In this document: piece after piece, positions 31,563 to 43,900 of the stretch | Position numbering within the stretch: position 1 is the stretch's first letter | How the letters are laid out: the number at the start of each line of letters is the position of its first letter | DNA from: an uncultured Actinomycetota bacterium | GTDB lineage: Bacteria > Actinomycetota > Actinomycetes > Mycobacteriales > Mycobacteriaceae | Direction: 5' to 3' | Length of the DNA stretch: 64,000 nucleotides | NCBI GenBank assembly: GCA_963797865.1 | Contig: CAWCRJ010000008.1 | Span: 24,778-88,777 of the forward strand | Program-made: the position numbers and the translations under genes | The notes under the pieces: generated by a model | The model's input: the letters and a program-made list of their open reading frames with translations, nothing else | Database searches by the model: none | What the model was told of the DNA's origin: nothing

Positions 31563-32696
31563 CCGCGAAAGCGCCCGGGCCCAGGTGATGTGGCGATGCT
31601 GCAACCCGGGCTCGTTGCGGCCGAACACCAAGTGGTCGCGCACTCCGGACTCGAGATTGGCTTGCAGCCCCTCAACCAGTCGGTAGTCCTCGTCGCGCAC
31701 CGTGGCGTGCGCGTACTCGAAGACGGCTTGGGCACCGGCGGCCACCGACTCATCGGTGAGGTCTTGCGGTGTTGCGTTCTGGTGGAAGGTGATCGACCTA
31801 CCTGGCCGGTCCCCGGGATAGACCCGGAACAGCTCGCCATTGGCGATGGTCACAGACAGCACGATGTTGGGGAACAGCGCATAGATCACCACCATGTTGT
31901 GGAACGGATTCCACTGATCCTCGGGTACGTCATCGAGCTCCAGGATGGTGTTGAGTGGGAAGATCAATCGGTGGTGCGGCCCGTAGGAGTCGAAGACCGT
32001 GCAGTTGCTACGTGCGATGGTGGCGAAAGTCTGCTGATGGACGGTGGCGAAATGGTAGTTCTCGGCGAAGGTGTCGATCGCCAGTTTCCAGTTGATGGGG
32101 GAGTCCAACACCTTCTCGCCCAGCGGGGACCAGCGTCCGATGCCCCACGAGTCGAGTTCGTCGGCGAGCGGGCCCAAGTGTCCCGCCACATCCAACGTGG
32201 CGCCGGGATCCAATGCCACCCAAAGGAATCCAGCGAATTCGGTGGCCGGCAGTTCGGTCAGACCATCGGACTTGACGGTCACTTCCGGGAATCCCTCGCG
32301 TCCGGGAACTGCCACCAGGTGACCGGTGTTGTCGTATGTCCAGGCGTGGTAGGGGCAGGTGAACCGCTTGGCGGTGCCGCATCCCGTCACCACCTGCGAC
32401 TGGCGGTGCAGGCACACGTTGTTGAACGCCTTCACCGTTCCCTCTGATGTTCTGGTCAGCAGGATGGACCGCCCCATCACCGTCTTGGTGCAATACGCAC
32501 CCGGAGCGGGCAGTTCGGAGACGTAGCCGACCAACTGCGGGCTGGCCAGCAGCATGGCCCGATCCCGGTTGTGCCGCTCGATACCCGTGTAGTCACGCGC
32601 GTCGACCGTGTGCTGGGCCGATGCGAGATCGGTCGTCTTGTCCCGCGCCAACTTCAACGCACGCCGCGTCAGGTCGATGAGCTGGTCGTGTTCCAT
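31545..32696 (-). CDS. Rieske ring-hydroxylating oxygenase alpha subunit
   Basis: NVCLHR, CPYHAW, NWKLAIDTFAENYHFATVH, DED. Confidence 0.92.
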   Translation of the reverse strand: MEHDQLIDLTRRALKLARDKTTDLASAQHTVDARDYTGIERHNRDRAMLLASPQLVGYVSELPAPGAYCTKTVMGRSILLTRTSEGTVKAFNNVCLHRQSQVVTGCGTAKRFTCPYHAWTYDNTGHLVAVPGREGFPEVTVKSDGLTELPATEFAGFLWVALDPGATLDVAGHLGPLADELDSWGIGRWSPLGEKVLDSPINWKLAIDTFAENYHFATVHQQTFATIARSNCTVFDSYGPHHRLIFPLNTILELDDVPEDQWNPFHNMVVIYALFPNIVLSVTIANGELFRVYPGDRPGRSITFHQNATPQDLTDESVAAGAQAVFEYAHATVRDEDYRLVEGLQANLESGVRDHLVFGRNEPGLQHRHITWARALSRSADVG

Positions 32697-32702
32697 CTGC
32701 CC

Positions 32703-32733
32703 AGTACAGACCTTGTGACGGTTGTAAGGTCAA
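32703..32733 (-). promoter_or_regulatory. MerR-type promoter/operator driving the Rieske oxygenase
   Basis: Minus strand TTGACC-N19-TGTACT, 6 nt before the ATG; dyad GACCTT-N11-AAGGTC (32709-32731) in the spacer. Confidence 0.7.
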
Positions 32734-32736
32734 GGG

Positions 32737-33639
32737 GTGGCTGAGCAGTTGCTGATCGGCGACGTCACCGCCTTGACCGGCATCGCTTCCGGTCGTATTC
32801 GCCATTACGAGAAAATCGGATTGCTGCACGCGCAACACCTGTCCAACGGCTATCGGGTCTTCGGCGTCGAGCAGGTCCTCGACTTGTTGCGCATCGACCT
32901 GATGCGAAGCCTCGGCGTCGGTATCAATGACATTCAGCGGTTGATCGAAGGCGGGCACAGCACGCTGGCCGGCCTGCTCGACGAGCACCGCGAGCTGCTG
33001 ATGCAGCAACGGGAGCGGCTCGACCAACTGATCCAAGCCCTGGACCAAGCCCGTGCCGCCACCGAGTGCGGCGACGCGGATCTCAACGAGCACATCCTGC
33101 ACCGGTTGGCCACCACGCACCGCGACAGCCTCGGTGTGATCGGGCGGCTCAGCGCCCCGCTGTCGGCGCCCGTCGCCGCGATGTATGCCGACTTGTTCGA
33201 CGAGTGGGACCTCCCGGTCCCCGCTTTGTTCGGGCAAATGGTGCTGCCGGCTGCGGCCAGCACCCTGCTGTCGCAACTGGCCGACACCCCGGGCCGCGAC
33301 ACGCTGTTCGATCGGTTGCGCAGCCTGGCCGCCGACATCATCGGGTTGGGCGAAGACGATGCCGCGGCACGAGAGCTCGCCTGCCGTTGGATAGACCAGC
33401 AGCTGGCGGACCCCCTACCGGACGACGTGGTTGGTGTGCTGCGAGGCGTGCAACCGCGTTTGCAGCGTGACCCGGTGATCGTGCAGGGATTTCGCGCCTG
33501 GGCGGGGTCGATCAGCCCGGCGGCCGCCCACTTCATCGAGGAAACTGCAAGGCAGACCGCCCGCCGCGGATTGGAAGCCGTGAGCGTCATCGTGCTGCCC
33601 GCGCGCCAACCCGTTCAAACGAACGATGCGGCATCGTGA
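32737..33639 (+). CDS. MerR-family transcriptional regulator with long C-terminal domain
   Basis: LIGDVTALTGIASGRIRHYEKIGLL...NGYRVF. Confidence 0.9.
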   Translation: MAEQLLIGDVTALTGIASGRIRHYEKIGLLHAQHLSNGYRVFGVEQVLDLLRIDLMRSLGVGINDIQRLIEGGHSTLAGLLDEHRELLMQQRERLDQLIQALDQARAATECGDADLNEHILHRLATTHRDSLGVIGRLSAPLSAPVAAMYADLFDEWDLPVPALFGQMVLPAAASTLLSQLADTPGRDTLFDRLRSLAADIIGLGEDDAAARELACRWIDQQLADPLPDDVVGVLRGVQPRLQRDPVIVQGFRAWAGSISPAAAHFIEETARQTARRGLEAVSVIVLPARQPVQTNDAAS

Positions 33640-33699
33640 TGCACATGTGATCTGTGTGGCCAATGTGTAATATGGGGTTTCTGTCGTACTCTGTGGCCT

Positions 33700-34422
33700 G
33701 TGTCATCCGTTTCGCGACGCGGCCTGCTCAAATTCGCGGCCGCGACCCCGGCGCTGCTCGGCCTGGGCGTCGCGGGCGCGTCGCTGAGCGCACCGACGGC
33801 ATCGGCGTCGCTCGGCACCCTGCTGGACTATGCGGCCGGAGTCATTCCGGCCAGCCAGATCCGCGCAGCGGGCGCGGTGGGGTCGATTCGGTACGTATCG
33901 GACCGGCGCCCTGGCGGCAACTGGATGCTCGGCAAACCGATCCAGGTCGGCGAAGCGCGCGACCTCAATAACAACGGGCTCAAAATCGTGTCCTGCTATC
34001 AGTACGGCAAGGCCACTACCGCGGACTGGCTGGGCGGTGCCAACGCCGGCCTGCAGCACGCGCAGCGGGGGATGGCGCTACACGCCGCGGCCGGTGGTCC
34101 CGCCAGCGCGCCCATCTACGCCTCGATCGACGACGATCCCTCCTATGAGCAGTACAAAAGCCAGGTGGCGCCCTATCTGCGTTCGTGGGAATCGGTAATC
34201 GGCCATCAGCGCACAGGCGTGTACGCCAATTCGAAGACCATCGACTGGGCGCTGCACGACGGATTGGGCTCCTATTTCTGGCAGCACAATTGGGGCTCGC
34301 CGAAGGGATACGCCCACCCCGCGGCCAATCTGCACCAGATTGAAATCGACAAACGCAGCGTCGGAGGGGTCGGCGTGGACATCAACGAGATCCTCAAGCC
34401 CCAATTCGGCCAGTGGGCCTAG
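33700..34422 (+). CDS. Tat-secreted DUF1906 glycoside hydrolase-like protein (Rv2525c ortholog)
   Basis: SRRGLLK twin-arginine signal; YVSDRRPG, YFWQHNWG; upstream of fas; TACTCT -10 at 33687 suggests a leaderless transcript. Confidence 0.92.
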   Translation: MSSVSRRGLLKFAAATPALLGLGVAGASLSAPTASASLGTLLDYAAGVIPASQIRAAGAVGSIRYVSDRRPGGNWMLGKPIQVGEARDLNNNGLKIVSCYQYGKATTADWLGGANAGLQHAQRGMALHAAAGGPASAPIYASIDDDPSYEQYKSQVAPYLRSWESVIGHQRTGVYANSKTIDWALHDGLGSYFWQHNWGSPKGYAHPAANLHQIEIDKRSVGGVGVDINEILKPQFGQWA

Positions 34423-34623
34423 CGCCCCGGTGCCGTCGCCCGGCTCGGCCGGGACGCGGAATCTTAAAATCTCCAGCAAACACTCGTTCGCTCATCTTCC
34501 GGACGCGCGCGCGCGGCCGATCACTGTCTCCCACAGCCAACGGCGCCGTGACGACGCTCTGCGACGAAAAATTTTTATGTAACGATTCGATAACAATACA
34601 GCCTTGATCTGCGCAGTTATAGC

Positions 34624-34734
34624 TACTCGACCGTAACCACCTGCACGCAGCGGGTTTGTTAATCGGCTCCTCGCCGCCGGCGAAACCGCATGTTACCCAG
34701 GGCACGGTTACCCATGCGTAGAACTCACCAGTAA
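34624..34734. promoter_or_regulatory. Putative FasR operators in the fas promoter
   Basis: TAC-N6-GTA-type 12-mers: TACTCGACCGTA (34624), and TACCCATGCGTA plus AACTCACCAGTA (34709-34733); matches the mycobacterial FasR site as recalled. Confidence 0.7.
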
Positions 34735-34952
34735 CCGATCAGCACGCGAAACGAGGGTCGATCCTTATGACACTCTTAGTACAGCCGATGGAGTCCGTCG
34801 CGCCGCTCAGCGCCACCCGGGCGGTCCGCCGACAACACACCGGCCGGCCGTTTCCCGGCTGTGATTCGACGCGGAATCGACAGGACCCCGCCCTGCGGTG
34901 GTGACCGCCAGACGAACGAGACCTAAAGACGCATACAGGGGAGACAGAAAAG

Positions 34953-37900
34953 GTGACGATCCACGAGCACGACAGGGTGTCCGCTGACCGCGCCGGGCAA
35001 GGCCCGCTGGGGAGCAAGAACCCCGGGAACACCCTCGCTCTTGTCGACCGACTGACGGCCGGCGAGCCCTACGCCGTGGCATTCGGCGGCCAGGGCAGCG
35101 CCTGGCTGGAGACCCTCGAAGAACTGGTGTCGTCGGCCGGCATCGAGTCCGAGCTGGCAACGCTGGTTGGTGAGGTCAACCTGCTCCTCGAGCCGGTGGC
35201 CAAAGAGCTCGTTGTGGTGCGACCAATCGGCTTCGAGCCGCTGTCGTGGGTGCGTGCGCTGGCGGCCGAGGACCCGGTCCCCTCGGACAAGCACCTGACT
35301 TCGGCCGCGGTGTCAATTCCGGGCGTGCTGCTCACCCAGATCGCGGCCGTACGTGCGCTGGCACGGCAAGGGATGGACCTGAAGGCGACGCCGCCGGTGG
35401 CCGTCGCCGGGCATTCCCAAGGTGTGCTCGCCGTCGAGGCACTGAAGGCCGGTGGTGCCCGCGATGTCGAGCTGCTGGCAATGGCCCAGCTGATTGGCGC
35501 GGCCGGGACGCTGGTGGCCCGTCGGCGCGGCATCTCGGTGCTCGGCGACCGCCCGCCGATGGTGTCGGTCACCAACGCCGATCCAGAACGCATCGGCCGG
35601 CTGCTCGACGAGTTCGCGCAGGACGTGCGCACCGTGCTGCCGCCCGTCTTGTCCATCCGCAACGGCCGCCGCTCGGTCGTCATCACCGGCACCCCGGAAC
35701 AGCTGTCCCGCTTCGAGCTCTACTGCCAGCAGATCTCGGAGAAGGAAGAAGCCGACCGGAAGAACAAGCTGCGCGGCGGCGACGTCTTCGCGCCGGTCTT
35801 CGATCCGGTGCAGGTCGAAGTGGGCTTCCACACGCCGCGGTTGGCCGACGGCATCGATATCGTCGGCGGCTGGGCCGAGAAGGTCGGCCTGGACGTCGAG
35901 CTGGCCCGGCAGCTGACCGAGTCGATACTGGTGCGTCCGGTCGACTGGGTGGAGGAGATCACCCGGGTTAACGACGCCGGGGCTCGCTGGATTCTCGACC
36001 TGGGGCCCGGCGACATCTTGACCCGGCTGACCGCGCCGGTCATCCGTGGTCTGGGTGTGGGCATCGTGCCCGCAGCGACCCGCGGCGGGCAGCGCAACCT
36101 GTTCACCGTCGGCGCCGTCCCCGAGGTGGGGCGGGCCTGGTCGAGCTACGCTCCCACGCTGGTTCGCCTGCCCGACGGCAGGGTCAAGCTCTCGACGAAG
36201 TTCACCCGGCTGACCGGCCGCTCGCCGATCCTGCTGGCCGGCATGACCCCGACCACCGTCGACGCGAAGATCGTGGCCGCCGCGGCCAACGCCGGGCACT
36301 GGGCCGAGCTGGCCGGCGGCGGGCAGGTCACCGAGGAGATCTTCGCCGACCGCGTCGCGCAGATGTCCGGGCTGCTGGAGGACGGCCGTACCTACCAGTT
36401 CAACGCGCTGTTTCTGGACCCATATCTGTGGAAGCTGCAGGTCGGCGGCAAGCGGCTGGTGCAGAAGGCGCGCCAGTCCGGCGCGGCCATCGACGGTCTG
36501 GTGATCAGCGCCGGCATCCCCGATCTGGAAGACGCCGTCGACTTGATCGAGGAGCTGGGCGAGGTCGGTATCAGTCACGTCGTCTTCAAGCCGGGCACCG
36601 TCGAGCAAATTCGCTCGGTCATCCGCATCGCGACCGAAGTGTCCACCAAGCCGGTGATCGCGCACATCGAGGGTGGACGCGCCGGTGGCCACCACTCCTG
36701 GGAAGACCTCGACGACCTGCTGTTGGCGACCTACTCCGAATTGCGGTCGCGCTCCAACATCACCGTCTGCGTCGGCGGTGGCATCGGCACGCCGGAGCGG
36801 GCGGCCGAATACCTGTCCGGGCGCTGGGCGCAGACGTACGGCTTCCCGCTGATGCCGATCGACGGCATCCTGGTCGGCACCGCGGCCATGGCGGCCAAGG
36901 AGGCCACCACATCGCCGTCTGTCAAGCGGATGCTGGTCGAAACCCAGGGCACCGATCAGTGGATCGGCGCCGGAAAAGCCTCAGGCGGAATGGCTTCCAG
37001 CCGTAGCCAGCTCGGTGCGGACATTCACGAGATCGACAACAGCGCGTCGCGGTGCGGCCGGCTCCTGGACGAGGTCGCCGGTGACGCGGACGCCGTCGCG
37101 GAGCGCCGCGACGAGATCATCGCGGCGATGGCCAACACCGCCAAGCCGTACTTCGGCGATGCCGGCGAGATGACCTACCTGCAGTGGTTGCAGCGTTACG
37201 TCGAGTTGTCCATCGGGGACGGTGATTCCACCGCGGACACCGCGTCACCGGGAAGCCCGTGGCTGGCCGACACCTGGCGCGACCGTTTCGAGCAGATGCT
37301 GCAGCGGGCCGAGGCGCGTTTGCATGCACGGGATTTCGGTCCCATCGAGACGGTGTTCGACGGCTCCACCGACGACGGCGCGCAGCTGCTGGAGAATCCT
37401 TCCGAGGCCATCGCCACCCTGCTGGCGCACTACCCCGACGCCGAACGTGTGCAGCTGCACCCGGCCGACGTCCCGTTCTTCGTCACGCTGTGCAAGCTGC
37501 TGGGCAAGCCGGTCAACTTCGTGCCGGTGATCGATAAGGATGTGCGGCGCTGGTGGCGTAGCGATTCGCTGTGGCAGGCGCATGACGCCCGTTACGACGC
37601 CGACCAGGTATGCATCATTCCGGGTACCGCGGCCGTGGCCGGCATCACCCGGATGGACGAGCCCATCGGTGAACTACTGGACCGCTTCGAGCAGGCGGCC
37701 ATCGACGAGGCGCTCGCCGCCGGAGCGGAGCCCACGGCGGTCACCTCACGCCGGACCGGCCGCGCCGACGTCACGGGGCCGCTGGCCGTCGTGCTCGACG
37801 CCCCCGACGTCCAGTGGGCCGGCCGCACCGCGACCAACCCGGTCCATCGAATCGCCGATCCCTCCGACTGGCTGGTGCATGACGGCCCCGAGAGCCGCCG

Positions 37901-40900
37901 CGCCACGCATTCGTCCACCGGGGCGCAGCTTCAGGTCGACGGCGACCGCGTCGTGCTCAGCGTCCCCGTGTCGGGCACGTGGATCGACATCCCATTCACG
38001 TTGCCGCCCAACACTGTTGACGGCGCCACCCCGGTGGTCTCCACCGAGGATGCCGCCACGGCCATGCGTGCGGTGCTGGCCATTGCCGCAGGCGTCGACG
38101 GGCCGGAGTTCTTGCCTTCGGTCAACGACGGAACGGCCACGGTCACGGTGGACTGGGACCCCGAGCGGGTCGCCGATCACACCGGTGTCACGGCCACCTT
38201 CGGAGAACCGCTGGCGCCCAGCCTCACCACCGTGCCCGACGCACTCGTCGGACCGTGCTGGCCCGCGGTCTTCTCGGCGATCGGCTCGGCCGTCACCGAC
38301 GCCGGTGTTCCGGTCGTCGAGGGCCTGCTGAGCCTGGTGCACCTCGACCACGCCGCCCACATGGTCGGCAAGCTGCCGACCGCCCAGTCGCAATTGACCA
38401 TCACCGCAACGACTTCGGTGGCCATCGACACGGACCTGGGGCGCGTCGTCCCCGTTTCGGTCACCATCACCGACACCGACGGCCAGGCGATCGCCACCCT
38501 CGATGAGCGTTTCGCCATCCTGGGACGGACCGGCGCGGCCGAACTGACGGATCCGACGCGCGCCGGTGGTGCGGTTTCGCAGAACGCGACCGACACCCCG
38601 CGTCGGCGCCGTCGCGACGTTGCCATCACCGCTCCGGTCGACATGCGTCCGTTCGCGGTGGTCTCCGGTGACCACAATCCCATCCACACCGACCGGGCCG
38701 CCGCACTGCTGGCCGGCCTGGAATCGCCCATCGTGCACGGCATGTGGCTGTCGGCCGCGGCCCAGCACGCGGTGACCGCCACCGATGGTCAGGCGCGTCC
38801 GCCGGCGCGGCTGATCGGCTGGACAGCGCGCTTCTTGGGCATGGTGCGTCCCGGCGACGAGGTCGCGTTCCGCGTCGACCGCGTCGGAATCGACCAGGGC
38901 GCAGAGGTTTTGGAGGTTGCCGCCCGGATCGGATCGGATCTGGTGATGTCGGCGACGGCACGCCTGGCGGCCCCGCATACGGTCTACGCGTTCCCCGGAC
39001 AGGGAATTCAGCACAAGGGCATGGGCATGGACGTCCGGGCCCGGTCGAAGGCCGCGCGCAAGGTGTGGGACAAAGCCGACAAGTTCACCCGCAACACGCT
39101 GGGCTTCTCGGTTCTGCACGTGGTGCGCGACAACCCGACCAGCATCATCGCCAGCGGTGTGCACTACAACCACCCTGAGGGCGTGCTGTACCTGACGCAG
39201 TTCACCCAGGTCGCGATGGCCACCGTGGCCGCGGCGCAGGTCGCCGAGATGCGCGAACAAGGTGCCTTCGTCGAAGATGCGATCGCCTGCGGTCACTCCG
39301 TCGGCGAATACACCGCGCTGGCCTGCGTCACCGGCATCTACGAGCTGGAAGCGTTGCTGGAGACGGTGTTTCACCGCGGATCCAAGATGCACGACATCGT
39401 GCCGCGCGACGAGCTGGGCCGGTCCAACTATCGACTGGCGGCCATTCGGCCCTCGCAGATCGACCTGCCCGACGACGAGGTCCCCGAATTCGTCGCGGAT
39501 ATTGCGGCGAATACCGGTGAATTTCTTGAGATCGTCAACTTCAACCTGCGCGGGTCGCAATACGCGATCGCGGGCACGGTGCGCGGCTTGGAGGCGCTCG
39601 AGGCGGAGGTGGAGCGGCGCCGCAAGATCTCCGGCGGCAAGCGCTCGTTCATTCTGGTGCCCGGCATCGACGTGCCGTTCCACTCACGTGTCTTGCGAGT
39701 CGGTGTGGCGGAGTTCCGGCGATCGCTCGACCGCGTGATGCCGCGCGACAAGGACCCTGACGTCATCATCGGGCGTTACATCCCCAACCTGGTGCCGCGT
39801 CCGTTCACCCTCGATCGCGACTTCATCCAGGAGATCCGCGATTTGGTGCCGGCCGAGCCACTGGACCCGATCCTCGCCGACTATGACACCTGGCTTGCCG
39901 AGCGCCGGATCGAGATGGCGCGCATCGTCCTCATCGAGCTGCTGGCTTGGCAATTCGCCAGCCCGGTGCGCTGGATCGAAACCCAGGACCTGCTGTTCAC
40001 CGAAGAGGCCGCGGGTGGCCGGGGAGTGGAGCGGTTCGTGGAGATCGGTGTGAAGTCCGCACCGACCGTCGCGGGCCTGGCCACCAACACCCTCAAGCTG
40101 CCCGAATACGCCCACAGCACAGTGGAAGTGCTCAATGCCGAGCGTGACGCGGCGGTGCTGTTCGCCACCGATACCGACCCCGAGCCGGAGTCCGAGGATG
40201 AGCCGGAGGCGGCCGCCGACAGCGCGTCGGCGCCGGAAGCGGCCGCGGCCACACCGGCCCCCGCCGCCGCGCCGTCGGGTGCGGCCCGACCGGACGACAT
40301 CGGATTCGATGCCGCCGACGCCACACTCGCGCTGATCGCGCTGTCGGCCAAGATGCGCATCGATCAGATCGAGGAACTGGACTCCATCGAGTCCATCACC
40401 GACGGTGCGTCCTCGCGGCGCAATCAGCTGCTGGTGGACTTGGGTTCGGAGCTGAACCTGGGCGCCATCGACGGCGCCGCCGAAGCCGACCTGGCCGGGC
40501 TGCGCGCGCAGGTGACCAAGTTGGCACGCACCTACAAACCTTATGGCCCAGTGCTTTCCGACGCGATCAACGATCAGCTGCGCACGGTGCTGGGGCCCTC
40601 GGGTAAGCGGCCCGGTGCCATCGCCGAGCGGGTCAAGAAGACCTGGGAGCTGGGCGAGGGTTGGGCCAAGCACGTCACGGTCGAGGTCGCGCTCGGGACC
40701 CGCGAGGGGACCAGTGTCCGGGGTGGCGCCATGGGCCACCTGCATGAAGGTGCACTGGCCGACGCCGCTTCCGTCGACAAGGCGATCGATGCCGCGGTGG
40801 CGTCCGTCGCAGCGCGTCGTGGCATCGCGGTGGCGCTGCCGTCTTCGGGCGGTGGGGGTGGCGCGAGCATCGACGCCGCCGCACTGGGCGAATTCACCGA

Positions 40901-43900
40901 CCAGATCACCGGCCGCGACGGTGTGCTGGCCTCGGCGGCCCGCCTGGTGCTCAACCAGCTGGGCCTGGACGACCCGGTCGGCACCTCGCCTGCGGCCACC
41001 GACGCCGAGCTCATCGACCTGGTCACCGCCGAACTCGGCGCCGACTGGCCACGCCTGGTGTCGCCGGTTTTCGAGCCGAAGAAAGCCGTACTGTTCGACG
41101 ACCGGTGGGCCAGCGCGCGCGAAGACCTGGTCAAGCTCTGGCTCAACGACGAAGGTGACATCGACGCCCGCTGGGTAGATCTGTCCGAAAGGTTCGAGGG
41201 CGCAGGCCATGTCGTGGCGACGCAGGCCACCTGGTGGCAGGGCCGGGCCCTGTCCGCGGGCCGTCAGATCCACGCATCGTTGTACGGCCGCATCGCCGCC
41301 GGCGCCGAGAACCCGGACCCGGGCCCCTACAGCAGCGAAGTCGCCGTGGTGACGGGCGCGTCCAAGGGCTCGATTGCCGCGTCGGTCATTGGGCGACTGC
41401 TCGACGGTGGTGCCACCGTCATCGCCACGACGTCAAAGCTCGACGACGAGCGGTTGGCGTTCTACCGCGGGCTCTACCGCGACCACGCCCGGTTCGGCGC
41501 GGCGCTGTGGGTGGTCGCGGCCAACATGGCGTCCTACTCCGACATCGACGCGCTGGTCGAGTGGGTGGGCACCGAGCAGACCGAAAGCCTTGGGCCGCAA
41601 TCTATTCACATCAAGGACGCGCAGACACCGACACTGCTGTTCCCGTTTGCCGCACCGCGGGTCGCGGGCGACCTGTCCGAGGCCGGCTCTCGCTCCGAGA
41701 TGGAGATGAAGGTGCTGCTGTGGGCGGTGCAGCGGTTGATCGGCGGGCTGTCGAAGATCGGCGCCGAGCGCGACATCGCGTCGCGGCTGCACGTGGTGCT
41801 GCCGGGTTCACCGAACCGTGGAATGTTCGGCGGTGACGGCGCATACGGTGAAGCCAAGTCGGCGCTGGACGCGCTGGTGAGCCGTTGGCACGCCGAGTCC
41901 TCGTGGGCGGTCCGCGTCAGCCTGGCACACGCGCTGATCGGTTGGACCCGCGGCACGGGGCTGATGGGCCACAACGACGCCATCGTCGACGCGGTCCAGG
42001 AGGCCGGCGTCACTACGTACTCGACCGACGAGATGGCCGCAATGTTGCTGTCGCTCTGCGACATCGAGTCCAAGGTCGCCGCGGCCGGTGCGCCGATCAA
42101 GGCGGACCTGACCGGCGGGCTGGGCGAGGCCAACCTCGACATGGCCGAGCTTGCCGCCAAGGCCCGCGAGCAAGCCACCTCGACATCGGACGACGAGGCC
42201 GAAGCCTCCGGGGCCGAGGGCACCATTGCCGCGCTGCCGTCTCCGCCGCGCGGCTTCACCCCGGCGCCACCGCCGGAATGGGCAGACCTCGACGTCGACC
42301 CGGCCGATCTGGTGGTCATCGTCGGTGGCGCGGAACTGGGCCCCTACGGCTCGTCGCGGACCCGCTTCGAGATGGAGGTCGACAACGAACTGTCGGCGGC
42401 CGGCGTCCTGGAGCTGGCCTGGACCACCGGCCTGATCCGCTGGGAGGACGACCCCCAACCCGGTTGGTACGACACGCAATCCGGTGATCTGGTCGATGAG
42501 TCCGAGTTGGTCGAGCGCTACCACGACACCGTCGTCGAGCGCTGCGGCATCCGCGAATTCGTCGACGACGGCGCGATCGACCCCGACCACGCTGCGCCGC
42601 TGCTGGTGTCGGTGTTCCTGGACAAGGACTTCGCGTTCGTGGTGTCCTCGGAGGCCGACGCGCGCGCCTTCGTCGAGTTCGACCCGGAGCACACGATCAT
42701 CCGACCGGTGCCCGACTCCACCGACTGGCAGGTCATCCGCAAGGCCGGCACAGAGATTCGGGTGCCGCGAAAGACCAAGCTGTCGCGGACCGTTGGTGCG
42801 CAAATCCCGACCGGATTCGACCCGACCGTATTCGGCATCAGCCAGGACATGGCCAGCTCGACCGACCGGGTGGCGCTGTGGAACATCGTCGCGACCGTCG
42901 ATGCGTTCCTGTCGTCGGGATTCACCCCCGCCGAGTTGATGCGGTGGGTGCACCCGGGCCTGGTGGCCAGCACCCAAGGCACCGGCATGGGCGGCATGAC
43001 GTCGATGCAGACGATGTATCACGGCAACCTGCTGGGCCGGAGCAAGCCGAACGACATTCTGCAGGAAGTTCTGCCGAACGTCGTTGCCGCGCATGTCATT
43101 CAGAGTTACGTCGGCAGCTACGGCGCGATGATCCACCCGGTGGGCGCGTGTGCGACCGCGGCGGTGTCGGTCGAGGAAGGTGTCGACAAGATTCGTCTCG
43201 GCAAGGCGGAGCTGGTGGTCGCCGGCGGATTCGACGACCTGACGCTGGAAGCCATCATCGGCTTCGGTGACATGGCGGCCACCGCCGACACCGGCATGAT
43301 GCGGGGCCGGGGCATCCACGACTCGAAGTTCTCCCGGCCCAACGACCGACGCCGGCTGGGATTCCTCGAGGCGCAGGGCGGCGGCACCATCCTGCTGGCG
43401 CGCGGCGACCTGGCGCTGAAGATGGGTCTGCCGGTCCTGGCTGTGGTCGCCTACGCGCAGTCGTTCGCCGACGGCGTGCATACTTCGATCCCGGCGCCGG
43501 GACTGGGCGCGCTGGGCGCCGGTCGCGGCGGCAAGGATTCGGCGCTGGCGCGGTCGCTGACCAAGCTCGGCGTGGGCGCCGACGACGTCGCGGTCGTCTC
43601 CAAGCACGACACGTCGACCCTGGCCAACGATCCCAACGAGACCGAACTGCACGAGCGGCTCGCCGACTCGCTGGGCCGTTCCGAGGGTGCTCCGCTGTTC
43701 GTGGTGTCGCAGAAGAGCCTCACCGGGCACGCGAAGGGCGGCGCGGCGGTCTTCCAGATGATGGGGCTGTGCCAGATCCTGCGCGACGGGGTGATCCCGC
43801 CCAATCGCAGCCTGGATTGCGTCGACGACGAACTGGCCGGCTCGGCACACTTCGTGTGGGTGCGCGAGACGCTGCGGCTCGGGGGCGAGTTCCCGCTCAA

